Source: Actinomycetota bacterium
GTDB lineage: Bacteria > Actinomycetota > Thermoleophilia > Gaiellales > Gaiellaceae
Length of the DNA: 64,000 nucleotides
Direction: 5' to 3'
Assembly: GCA_003139545.1 (NCBI GenBank)
Contig: PLJC01000008.1
Location: 22,874-86,873 of the forward strand
Position 1 is the first letter of the stretch. The number at the start of each line of letters is the position of its first letter. Made by a program: the position numbers and the translations under genes. The notes under the pieces are model-generated. The model was given only the letters and a program-made list of their open reading frames with translations. It did not search any database and was not told where the DNA came from. Of this stretch, positions 7,785 to 16,711 are shown piece after piece.

Positions 7785-10700
7785 TCAGGCAGCTGCAGCT
7801 TCGCGCAAGGTTGGTGCCGCATCAGGCAGATCCTGTGCGACGAGCCGATCACCGAGCGCCTTTCGGCCGACATCGATCAGGTGCTCGTGATGCGTCAGCA
7901 CGATAACCTGCGTCAGCTTCGCGAGCTCGCCGAGTGCTTCGAAGATGCGCTCCGACCGGGGCGGATCAGACTCGACGAACACATCATCGAAGATAACAGG
8001 GACATGTCCGGAGCTTTCGACGTAGCGCTCGATTGCGGCGATCCGTAGCGCGAGGAACAGCTGCTCACGCGTCCCCTTGCTCATCTGCGGGACGCGCTTC
8101 AAGACACGGTCACGCTGGCGGCCGATCAGCTCGCCGACGCCGCGTTCGGTCACGTCAACGAACAACTCGACGAAGCTGCCGAGCGTGAAGCGCGTGAACA
8201 GTTCGTTCGCGCGGCGCAGCAGTGGATCCTGGTGCTGCGCGCGGTAGCGGTCGATCGCCCGGCGCACAGTCGTGGCAGCGAGGTTCGCCCTCGCATGCGC
8301 AACCGCAGTTTCTTGCACAGCTGCTCGCGCAAGCGCGACGCCCTGTGCCGCCTCAACCGCAGAAACGTCGGTCTCGGCGTCCGCGAGCGCACGCCGGCGC
8401 TCACCGATCTGCTCCTTGATCTCGTCGCGCTCCGCACGCAGCTGCTCCGCCGTCGCGCCAAGGTCACGAAGGTCGAGGGCTGCGCGGTCGCGGTCGAATC
8501 CTTCCGCTGACGCAGCGAGCTCCGCGAATGGTCCCTCCCCTACTTCGGCGACGCGCTGTTCGGCTGCCTTGATCTCTTGGCGCAGAAGACGCACGCGCTC
8601 CGCACGCGCCTCGATCGTCGGAAGTTCGCGCGCGATGACGACGCCCGCGAACTCGACGAGCTCGGCGATCTCAGCTTCGGCGGTTGCGAGCTCGCCTGCG
8701 ATGACGGCGACCTCATCTGCTTTCGTCGCGCGCTGTTCCAGAAGGCCGTCGCGCCGAGCATTCGCACTGTCCTGCTCGGCCAGACGGCCGCCGAGCGCTG
8801 TGGCCGCGCGCAGCGTCGCCAGCGCCTGCAAGTCAGGAGCAAGCTCCTCACAAAGCGCCGTCACGGTTACATCGAAGGCGTCCGTGTCTGCGTCGATTCC
8901 CGCAATCCGCCGCTCGAGGTCAGCGACCGTGGCGAGCTGGTTGAGTCCCTCGTCGATCGCGCGTGCGATTTCGTGCGCTGTCTCGGGTGACGTCGTCCCC
9001 GGCAGCCCCGCCTCAGCCCGGCGCTTGGGCCACTCCTTCTCCCACGTGGCGAACGCGGCGCCCGCGGTGTCGAGTTCACGCTTCGCGCGAGTGACGGCAC
9101 GCTCGGCGCCGGCGAACGTGGTTTCAAGCGACGCTCGTGTTGTCGCTGCGGTTCGCGCGTCGTTGACGGCGGCCTGTGCACGCGCAATCAGCGCATCTAG
9201 TGGCGTCCCCGACACGACCTCAAGACCGAGGGCGCGCAATTCGGTGATGAGAAGCCCGACGACTCCGTGTTCGCGCTCTCGCAGCCGATCGGCGCGCTCC
9301 TCGGCTGCGTCCGCGTCGCGTGCGAGCTCGATGATCTCTTCGCGGTTGTCAAGCCACGAGTGAGCATCATCCGGCTGTATCGCATCCAGCTGCGTCACCG
9401 ACCACGTAGCAGCCCAGGCTGCGGCAGCAGCTGCTTCCCGACCACGGTGATCGTCTTGCCATCGCTCATGATCTGCGCGCTCGCGGGCGAGCTTCGTTGC
9501 GCTAGCGTGAAGCGCTGCGGTGCGCTCGATCTGCGCGGCGTGATCGGTGCGCCGATCAGCCAGATGATCGGCTTCGAGCACGATGCGCTCGAACGCGTCG
9601 CAGTCATCGTCGGCAAGCTCGCCCTCGGCACCCGAAGCACGGATGCGCGACCAGTGCTCATCCCGGTGAGAACGGGTACCCGCAAGGACTTCGGCGCTCG
9701 GGGCCTCGCCTTCGATCTGAAGGCGCAGGCGCTCCTCCTCGATCTCCGCCTCCCCGACCGCCAGGCGCTGCGACTCAGCTACGAGTGATTCCCTCTCGCG
9801 CTGCAATTCCTGCACCTGCAATGACGCACGAGTTGCATCTTCGCGCGATGGCGCTGTCATCGAGCGAAGTGCCGCGACAGATAGTGGCGGCGGAGCAAGC
9901 TCCCCAAGCTTCTCATCCGCTTCGCGGCGGCGGCGCCTTGCATCGAGATCGAGCTCATCGCGCTGCTCCGCGAGCGCGCTCGACTTCAGTGCGACGGCAA
10001 GCGCTGCCTCAAGCGGCGCAATGTCTGAGGCGCTCGGCGCTGCCGCAAGCGCCGTCTGCGCATCCTCGAGGTCTCGTACGGCCTGATCGTGCGTCGTCGT
10101 CGCGCTCCGCAGGGCCGCACGAAGCTCGTCCCGCGCGCGTAGACAGACATCGAGCGCATTCCGCTCGGCGATCGACCTACGGAGCGACTCGAGCTCGGAC
10201 AGGCCAACTCCGACAGTCGCCGCCGCATGCGACACAGCCGCTTGGGCCGCCTGCAACTCGCCTTCGCGCTTCCGACGGTCACCCGCAGCCTTGTTGATCG
10301 CGGCGCCGATGTCTGCGACAGCCCTGATTTCCTCGCCGCGTCCGAGGAGAGCGGAGTTGACAATGATCGAGTTGATCTCACCGTCGAGAGCGGCAAGTGC
10401 CTTCGTCGCGCGCGCGAGCGACTGTGTAGCGTTGCGGATGCGCCCTTGCACGTCGATCCGTCGCGCGGCAGCATCCTCGGGCAGGTCAGGCGTTCCCTCG
10501 AGCTTGGCGTATTCCTCAACGAGCTGAGCGCGCGCGGCAACCAGCGGTGCGATCGCCCGCTTGCGTTCGAGCTCGCGCATCTCAAGATCAAGCCCGCGCA
10601 GCCGCAACGTCGCCTCTTCGCAGGCACGCTCGGCCTCGCTAAGGGCTTTCGTCATCTCGTGGTAGCGCGCCGGCCGCAGCATCGAGTCGCGCAACCGCCG

Positions 10701-11282
10701 CTCTGCCTCGTGCAGATAGGCGAGCTGCTTGCGGAGGACGCTCGATCGCCCGCGCGGGTTGAAGAGCCGATCAGCGTCGGCCTGAAGCGCAGCGAGCGTC
10801 CGGTGAAGCGACGCGATCCCGGCAGCGGCCGCGAAGAGACTCGCGCCCACCTCGCCCTGGCCTTCCAGCAGCTCCCGGCCCCCGGCGACCAGCGTCTCGT
10901 TGTCGACCTGGAGCAGCCCGACGTACACGTCGGCCGACAGACCGCCGAGCGCCTTCGTAAGGACGTTCTCGGGAACGGGCTCACCGTTCGGGCCAAGCAG
11001 GGAATCGACGCGGCGCTTGCGCCTGCTGACCTCGATCGTTCGACCGTCGACGTTCAGCCGAGCGCCGATCCTAAGATCTGCGTAGTCGTACGTGTGGTTG
11101 TCCACGGGACGATCGCCCATGCCGTAAAGAAGACTGCGTTCACCGCGGCTTGTGGTCGACTTCCCGGAGGCATTGCGCCCGTGGATGAGATCGACGTCAC
11201 CGACACGGGGACTGAAGCGCAGCGAGTGATCCTCGAAACAGCCCCATGGGTTGAAGTCGAGGCGTTCGAACCGGAGCGCCAT
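7785..11282 (-). CDS. Rad50/SbcC-like ABC-type ATPase with a very long coiled coil (YhaN/SbcE-like)
   Basis: 1165 aa. Walker A GRNASGKST, then ~900 aa of A/E/R/L-rich coiled coil. C-terminal signature SKGTREQLFLALRIA, Walker B VIFDDVF and H-loop LTHH. ATGA overlap with the upstream nuclease gene. Confidence 0.85.
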   Translation of the reverse strand: MALRFERLDFNPWGCFEDHSLRFSPRVGDVDLIHGRNASGKSTTSRGERSLLYGMGDRPVDNHTYDYADLRIGARLNVDGRTIEVSRRKRRVDSLLGPNGEPVPENVLTKALGGLSADVYVGLLQVDNETLVAGGRELLEGQGEVGASLFAAAAGIASLHRTLAALQADADRLFNPRGRSSVLRKQLAYLHEAERRLRDSMLRPARYHEMTKALSEAERACEEATLRLRGLDLEMRELERKRAIAPLVAARAQLVEEYAKLEGTPDLPEDAAARRIDVQGRIRNATQSLARATKALAALDGEINSIIVNSALLGRGEEIRAVADIGAAINKAAGDRRKREGELQAAQAAVSHAAATVGVGLSELESLRRSIAERNALDVCLRARDELRAALRSATTTHDQAVRDLEDAQTALAAAPSASDIAPLEAALAVALKSSALAEQRDELDLDARRRRREADEKLGELAPPPLSVAALRSMTAPSREDATRASLQVQELQRERESLVAESQRLAVGEAEIEEERLRLQIEGEAPSAEVLAGTRSHRDEHWSRIRASGAEGELADDDCDAFERIVLEADHLADRRTDHAAQIERTAALHASATKLARERADHERWQDDHRGREAAAAAAWAATWSVTQLDAIQPDDAHSWLDNREEIIELARDADAAEERADRLREREHGVVGLLITELRALGLEVVSGTPLDALIARAQAAVNDARTAATTRASLETTFAGAERAVTRAKRELDTAGAAFATWEKEWPKRRAEAGLPGTTSPETAHEIARAIDEGLNQLATVADLERRIAGIDADTDAFDVTVTALCEELAPDLQALATLRAATALGGRLAEQDSANARRDGLLEQRATKADEVAVIAGELATAEAEIAELVEFAGVVIARELPTIEARAERVRLLRQEIKAAEQRVAEVGEGPFAELAASAEGFDRDRAALDLRDLGATAEQLRAERDEIKEQIGERRRALADAETDVSAVEAAQGVALARAAVQETAVAHARANLAATTVRRAIDRYRAQHQDPLLRRANELFTRFTLGSFVELFVDVTERGVGELIGRQRDRVLKRVPQMSKGTREQLFLALRIAAIERYVESSGHVPVIFDDVFVESDPPRSERIFEALGELAKLTQVIVLTHHEHLIDVGRKALGDRLVAQDLPDAAPTLREAAAA

Positions 11283-12523
11283 CAGCGATCAGTCCGTTCT
11301 AGAAGCGCGACCGGTAGCGAGCGCGAGACGTCTCCCATCAACTCACGCACTGTCTGTGGGTCGGACGGGTTGAACTCGGCGAGGACGGCCTGCGGCAGTA
11401 CGCGCGTCAACGGTTCGAGGGTTGCGGCGAGCTCGGCAGCGGAGCCGTCTCCATCCATCAGCTCTGCGAGCTCTTGCACGAGCTCACCGATCGCGTCGTC
11501 TCCGGCGGCGAGGTCACGAGGCGCCTGGGTCTCGAGCTTCACCTGCTCGATCCAGACCTGGCTGCTCGCGACGTCTGCAGCGGCACCGATCACCTCGTAG
11601 CGGAGACGCTCTTCATCGCCAGCAAGCTCGTTGTGTGCATCGCTCACACCTCCGATCACGACCCTCGCCGCGATCAGGCGCTCGCCGGCATCACGAACGG
11701 CGCCACGAACTGCCGCCGCGACATGCTCGATCGCCCGATCGCGATCCAAGCACTCGCTCGCGTCGATGTTCAGGACTGCCCAACGCACCGCATCCAACGC
11801 GACGTGCTCGAGAGTCGCGCGACCGTCGTCTCCGATCTCGACGATCACCGCGCCCTTCGGCCCCGCTTCGCGGACACCGCGACCCTGGAGGTTGCCGGGG
11901 AACACGATCAGCGGATCGAGGCTCAAGACCTCTTGGCTGTGAACGTGCCCAAGCCCCCAAAACGCGTAGCCGCGATCGCTGAGTCCTCGAAGAGTGCACG
12001 GCGCGTAGCGCTCGTGACCTGGGCGACCATCCACGCTCGTGTGCAGCAAGCCAACGTTGACGAGGTCCGTAATGGGCGCCGGATAGCCGACGGAGAGATC
12101 GTCGAGTACCGCCGGCGTTGCGTAGCCCTGGCCGTGAACGGCAAGGCCGATCTCCTCGTACGTCGCAGTATCGGGCTTGCGGGTGCCGAGGACGCGCACG
12201 TTGTCAGGAAAGCGCAGCGACCGGGTCAGCTTCGACTCCGCGTCATGGTTTCCAGCGACCATCACAACCGGGATCTCCGCTTCACGCAACCGCGCCATCT
12301 CCGAGACGAAGTGGACACCCGTGCCGTAGTGCTGCCAGTCCCCGTCAAAGATGTCGCCCGCCAGGAGAACGGCGTCAACGGCGCGCTCGATAGCTGAGTC
12401 CACAAGGTTCGAGAGTGCGACGCGCGTTGCCAGTCGAAGCTCGTCAGCCGGAGCGCCGTCGTACGCGACGAGACCTCTCATCGGGCTGTCGACGTGCAGA
12501 TCGGCTGACTGAAGGAGTCTCAT
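11282..12523 (-). CDS. Mre11/SbcD-like calcineurin-fold metallophosphoesterase nuclease (YhaO/SbcF-like)
   Basis: 413 aa with motifs DLHVDS, GDIFDG, GNHD, LLHTSV and GLGHVH in canonical order. Confidence 0.85.
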   Translation of the reverse strand: MRLLQSADLHVDSPMRGLVAYDGAPADELRLATRVALSNLVDSAIERAVDAVLLAGDIFDGDWQHYGTGVHFVSEMARLREAEIPVVMVAGNHDAESKLTRSLRFPDNVRVLGTRKPDTATYEEIGLAVHGQGYATPAVLDDLSVGYPAPITDLVNVGLLHTSVDGRPGHERYAPCTLRGLSDRGYAFWGLGHVHSQEVLSLDPLIVFPGNLQGRGVREAGPKGAVIVEIGDDGRATLEHVALDAVRWAVLNIDASECLDRDRAIEHVAAAVRGAVRDAGERLIAARVVIGGVSDAHNELAGDEERLRYEVIGAAADVASSQVWIEQVKLETQAPRDLAAGDDAIGELVQELAELMDGDGSAAELAATLEPLTRVLPQAVLAEFNPSDPQTVRELMGDVSRSLPVALLERTDR

Positions 12524-12765
12524 GGCGGGCGTCTAAGTAAATACGCCGGGTCGGACGGGCCACCGATGCACGCCACGAACGCCGGGGAGCGGCCCGAGGA
12601 ACGCAGTCTGTGCACGCCTTGCCCCACGGAAGCTGCAATTACGAGTTCGCGGTGTAAGTGCCGCAGTGAGTCCCACAACCCGCCGGCTATACGCGCGCGC
12701 CGGGTGAGGCAGGTCAACAGGTTCGATTCCGGTTCGCAAGAGCCACAGGGGGCGCCAGCGCGGTC

Positions 12766-13335
12766 CTAGGTCAGAAGCTCAAGTCCGCGCAGCAGCTCTA
12801 CAGATCGCGCGACTTGCTCCTCCGAGATGCGCCAACCAAGTTGATTGGCGAGTGCGGGGATCTCTGCGAGCTTCGTGGGCTGATCCTGCTGGCTAACGAT
12901 GAAATGAATCTTCGCCGCCATCGACAAGGTGTTTTGGTCGAAGTCCGGCACCGCCTTGTGGATCGCGTCGACCGTCACCTTGATCATGTCGGCCTGAGCT
13001 CCGTACGTCGCCCGAATCGCAGCTACCTCGCTAACTCCATCGCCCGTGAGCGCGTATGTGTACTTCCGAATGTCTGGGCCTGAGGCGTAGGAAGGAAACC
13101 TCTCCATCGTCTCAGTCACCTTTTCGCCGAGGGCAGTCTGCGCCAACGCATACTCGACGGGTCGACTGTACGGGCCGTAGTAATGCGCCCGATGCCCCAG
13201 ATCGTCGGCAAGGGCAACAGCGACGAAGTAAGCAATCTTCTGGATCGCTGTCCTGCCTTCAACCGTGCCGCCTGCAGCGTCGATCGCCAGCAGAACCGCA
13301 TCTCGCGGTGTCAGGCCTTCTTCAGTGCTTCCCAT
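12766..13335 (-). CDS. Panacea/DUF4065-like (SocA/GepA-type) antitoxin-like protein with a wHTH-like C-terminus
   Basis: 189 aa. GRTAIQKIAYFVAV...YYGPYSRPVEYAL resembles the KLQKLLYF...GP motif of DUF4065. Its start lies 25 nt inside the upstream HD gene. Confidence 0.6.
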   Translation of the reverse strand: MGSTEEGLTPRDAVLLAIDAAGGTVEGRTAIQKIAYFVAVALADDLGHRAHYYGPYSRPVEYALAQTALGEKVTETMERFPSYASGPDIRKYTYALTGDGVSEVAAIRATYGAQADMIKVTVDAIHKAVPDFDQNTLSMAAKIHFIVSQQDQPTKLAEIPALANQLGWRISEEQVARSVELLRGLELLT

Positions 13336-14732
13336 AGCAGCCCTTTCGCTCTCTCATGTGCTTCGTCTTGCGGATCGTCAGACAGAAACGGCGTGTAGAG
13401 ATGCGCGAAGCTGTGTTCCGCGCGACTCTCTTCGTCGAAGATCTCGCTCTCGCTCTCGAATGTGTCAGGTGGTCTGTCCCGGTACTCGAGCATGATGTCG
13501 CCGGAGTTGATCTTGGTTCCGGGGCCCCGATACGTCGGATTGGTCTGACTGTCGACGTAGAGCGCAACGAGATACGGCTCGCATCCCAGCGCCTCGGCTA
13601 TCTCAGCCTCAAGATCCGCAACCCGCGGCTCGAACTTGGTGCGATCAAGAATCTTGTCGTATTGCTGGGCACCGACCGTATGCCGTTCCCGGTGAAGTGG
13701 GATGCTTGCGGTACGTCGGAGAAGATCTCGGCAACGCAACCGATCAGCGAGTTTGAAGGAGATCCGGTCGGAGTTCTGGGAGAGGAGTCGTTCCGTTACT
13801 GACGCGTCTGTTTGAGGCAGGTACCACTCGATGAATTCCGGGGTCACCTTCGGCTTCCCGCCTTCTGCATCAACCGTGTAAGCCTCCGCCGGCACAGCGC
13901 CTTCTTCGATCCCGAATTTCAGCGCGCGCGTAACCATGATGTCGGTGGCGATTCGTGTCTTGTGTCCATAGACCTGGCGATGCATGTGATGACGCGCTAG
14001 CAACAGTGCCTCGACCGCCCAGACGCCATCCTCCTCGAATCCTAGAAACGACTCCGGCTGGTCTCGTCCGATAACCCTCGCGGTGTCGACAATCCGATCT
14101 AGGTCGTAGTGGCCATACTCGACACCTGCGTAACGACTGTCACGTAGGAGGTAGTCCAGCTTGTCTGCGTCCGTTGGACCGCTCACGATGTCCCCCAAGA
14201 AGGTTCGCGGCCCAACCTTCTCGATGAGGAGTGCTGCCTGATCACACGCCTCTTGACCGAGCGCCTCGACCAATCCCGAATCGTTGCGGATCAGGAATGC
14301 CGAGATCGCCTCGTGGCACCCCTTCACTCCGCTCCGATCATCGATGAGGCCCTCCGAAACGTGAGAGAAAGGTCCGTGGCCGATGTCATGGAGAAGCGCA
14401 GCGCCCCGTACCTGCCTGTACTCGGCCTCCGTCACTTCAAGAGTCTTCGCCAGGCGACCCGCGACGTGGCAGACGCCGATCGAGTGCTCAAAGCGGGTGT
14501 GAGTGGCTCCGGGATAGACAAGATCAGTCATCGCGAGCTGCCGGATCCCGCGCAGACGCTGGAAAACATCCGAGTTCACCGCAGCCCACTCAGCCGGCTC
14601 CAGAAAGATCATCCCGTGAATCGGGTCTCGAACGGTCTTGCTCGCCACAGGCTCTGGAGCTTCGCAGACCAGGTTGACGGAAGGAAGCGAAACTTCGATG
14701 AGAGTCTGCGTGGGCATAGGTGGACTGTTCAA
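13311..14732 (-). CDS. SAMHD1/EF1143-type HD-domain dNTP triphosphohydrolase-like protein
   Basis: VRDPIHGMIFL, FQRLRGIRQL, THTRFEHSIGV, LLHDIGHGPFSH and DADKLDYLLRDSRYAGV. The listed start is TTG 14732; ATG 14717 is an alternative. Confidence 0.85.
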   Translation of the reverse strand: MNSPPMPTQTLIEVSLPSVNLVCEAPEPVASKTVRDPIHGMIFLEPAEWAAVNSDVFQRLRGIRQLAMTDLVYPGATHTRFEHSIGVCHVAGRLAKTLEVTEAEYRQVRGAALLHDIGHGPFSHVSEGLIDDRSGVKGCHEAISAFLIRNDSGLVEALGQEACDQAALLIEKVGPRTFLGDIVSGPTDADKLDYLLRDSRYAGVEYGHYDLDRIVDTARVIGRDQPESFLGFEEDGVWAVEALLLARHHMHRQVYGHKTRIATDIMVTRALKFGIEEGAVPAEAYTVDAEGGKPKVTPEFIEWYLPQTDASVTERLLSQNSDRISFKLADRLRCRDLLRRTASIPLHRERHTVGAQQYDKILDRTKFEPRVADLEAEIAEALGCEPYLVALYVDSQTNPTYRGPGTKINSGDIMLEYRDRPPDTFESESEIFDEESRAEHSFAHLYTPFLSDDPQDEAHERAKGLLWEALKKA

Positions 14733-14959
14733 GACGAACGTATGTTCGCATCGGTATCGGACGGCACACTCGTCCTACCGCCTGGTGAGCTTCATCACAG
14801 CTTGCGCCGTCCGGCCCAGCTCGACACCCGGTCGAGCAGGCGTCCCAGCTCGCGCAAAGGTTGGCGCGATCCTGTCCGGCCACCCCAAGGGCGGCCCGGG
14901 GGTCGCCGACATGCTCTCCCCCTGGCAACCCGAACACCGAGCCAACGCGACTGATTCAG

Positions 14960-15026
14960 CGCGGATCCGGAGAGCTATCGGCGGCTCAAACACCGCTCCG
15001 TACCGCCCTCTGGAGCCGGATCCGCG
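14960..15026. repeat. long inverted repeat (11-bp perfect arms CGCGGATCCGG / CCGGATCCGCG, ~45-nt loop) in the divergent HD / methyltransferase intergenic region
   Basis: Arms at 14960-14970 and 15016-15026. Each arm contains GGATCC. There is additional AGAG/CTCT pairing inside the arms. Confidence 0.7.
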
Positions 15027-15090
15027 ATTTCCCGAAACTCGTCGAGCCCTTGAAATCCCTGCAAACACAGGAATAGGCTCACGGACCCCT

Positions 15091-16578
15091 ATGGCACCGA
15101 TCAGCTATCTGGAAACGGGCGTCATCTACTGCGATGAAAACCTGCGACGGCTGTCGCAGTTTCCTTCCGAGAGCATCGACCTGATCTACCTCGACCCTCC
15201 GTTCTTCACGAACCGGACATACGAGGTGATCTGGGGCGATGAGGCCGAAGTGCGGTCGTTCGAGGATCGCTGGGAGGGCGGCATTCAGGTCTACATCGAC
15301 TGGATGCGTGAGCGGATGATCGAGCTTCAGCGCATTCTCAAGCCGACCGGCTCCCTATATCTCCACTGCGATCCCACGGCGAGTCATTACCTCAAGGTAA
15401 TGACCGATGAGGTGTTCGGAAGCCGGGATCGCTTCGTGAACGAGATCATCTGGAAGCGCAGCAGTGCACATAGCGATACCAAGCAGGGCGCAAAGCACTA
15501 CGGCCGGCTGAGCGACACGATCCTCTTCTACGCCAAGAGCCCGAAACGCGCGTGGAATCAGCTGTACACACCCTACGAGCAGGAGTACGTCGACCGGGAC
15601 TACAGGCGAATCGAAGCTGGGACCGGGCGTCGTTACCGGATCGACAACATCCAGGGACCCGGTGGCGCGTCAAAGGGCAACCCCCACTACGAGTTCCTGG
15701 GCGTGTCGCGATATTGGCGCTATAGCCGCGAAAGGATGGAGCAGCTCTACGAGGAGGGCCGGATCATTCAGACGCGACCCGGCGCCGTCCCTCAATACAA
15801 GCGGTATCTCGACGAGATGCCTGGCGTGCCGCTTCAGAACCTTTGGATGGATGTCCCTGTGATCAACAACCGGTCGCGTGAGAAACTCGGCTACCCCACG
15901 CAGAAGCCCGAGGCACTACTTGAGAGGATCATCGCAACGAGTAGCAACCCCGGAGACATCATTCTCGATCCCTTCTGCGGCTGCGGTACGACGATTGCGG
16001 TCGCTGAGCGGCTACAGCGAAACTGGCTCGGCATCGACATCAGCCCGACTGCCGTCGGGCTGATGAAACGGCGGATGGAGAAGCTCGGCGCGTTCAATGT
16101 CCGCCTCGTCGGCATGCCTGTGACCGAAGAGCAGCTCAAGGCGCTCAAGCCCTTCGAATTCCAGAACTGGGTGATCCAAACGCTGCATGGAACCCACGCG
16201 CCGAGGAAGAGCGGCGATATGGGGATCGACGGCTATTCGTTCATGGAGCACGCACCGATCCAGGTCAAGCAATCTGAGCGTGTGGGCCGCAACGTCGTCG
16301 ACAACTTCGAGACGGCCGTACGACGTTCGGGCAAGGACGCGGGAATGATCGTCGCATTCAGTTTCGGCAGAGGCGCGCGGGAGGAAGTAGCTCGCGCAAG
16401 AAGTGAGGGACTGCGGCTCGAGCTTGTCACCGTGAAGCGACTGCTCGATGATCCTTCTGATCTCGTCACACCCGACGCGGCCCAACTGTGGCGGGACATG
16501 CTGCCGCCGCCTCGCGACAAAGCCGCTCGACCTTCGGCCGAAGAGCTCATTTCGAGCGATCTCGCCGTCGCCGTCTAG
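15091..16578 (+). CDS. beta-class N6-adenine/N4-cytosine DNA methyltransferase fused to a C-terminal Mrr-type (PD-(D/E)XK) nuclease domain
   Basis: 495 aa from ATG 15091. Motif IV DPPF precedes motif I ILDPFCGCGTT. The C-terminus carries SGDMGIDGY...IQVKQ, typical of the Mrr catalytic core. Confidence 0.8.
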   Translation: MAPISYLETGVIYCDENLRRLSQFPSESIDLIYLDPPFFTNRTYEVIWGDEAEVRSFEDRWEGGIQVYIDWMRERMIELQRILKPTGSLYLHCDPTASHYLKVMTDEVFGSRDRFVNEIIWKRSSAHSDTKQGAKHYGRLSDTILFYAKSPKRAWNQLYTPYEQEYVDRDYRRIEAGTGRRYRIDNIQGPGGASKGNPHYEFLGVSRYWRYSRERMEQLYEEGRIIQTRPGAVPQYKRYLDEMPGVPLQNLWMDVPVINNRSREKLGYPTQKPEALLERIIATSSNPGDIILDPFCGCGTTIAVAERLQRNWLGIDISPTAVGLMKRRMEKLGAFNVRLVGMPVTEEQLKALKPFEFQNWVIQTLHGTHAPRKSGDMGIDGYSFMEHAPIQVKQSERVGRNVVDNFETAVRRSGKDAGMIVAFSFGRGAREEVARARSEGLRLELVTVKRLLDDPSDLVTPDAAQLWRDMLPPPRDKAARPSAEELISSDLAVAV

Positions 16579-16711
16579 GCGGCCCGACCAAGCGCTCATA
16601 TGCGGCGCTCAACCTTGCAGCCGCAATTCAGCAGCGACAGCAGCGTCTTGGCGGTGTTCTCATTGGCGCCGCTGCAGTTGCGCTAGTCGCGAGTTTCGCT
16701 CGCGGCTAGAT

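Noticed and set aside
12524-12765. tmRNA or full tRNA in the SbcD-like / Panacea-like spacer
   Set aside because: Only a T-loop-like 11-mer and an imperfect stem are present. There is no acceptor pairing, no tag reading frame, and the spacer is too short for tmRNA. It is kept only as a low-confidence structural remnant.
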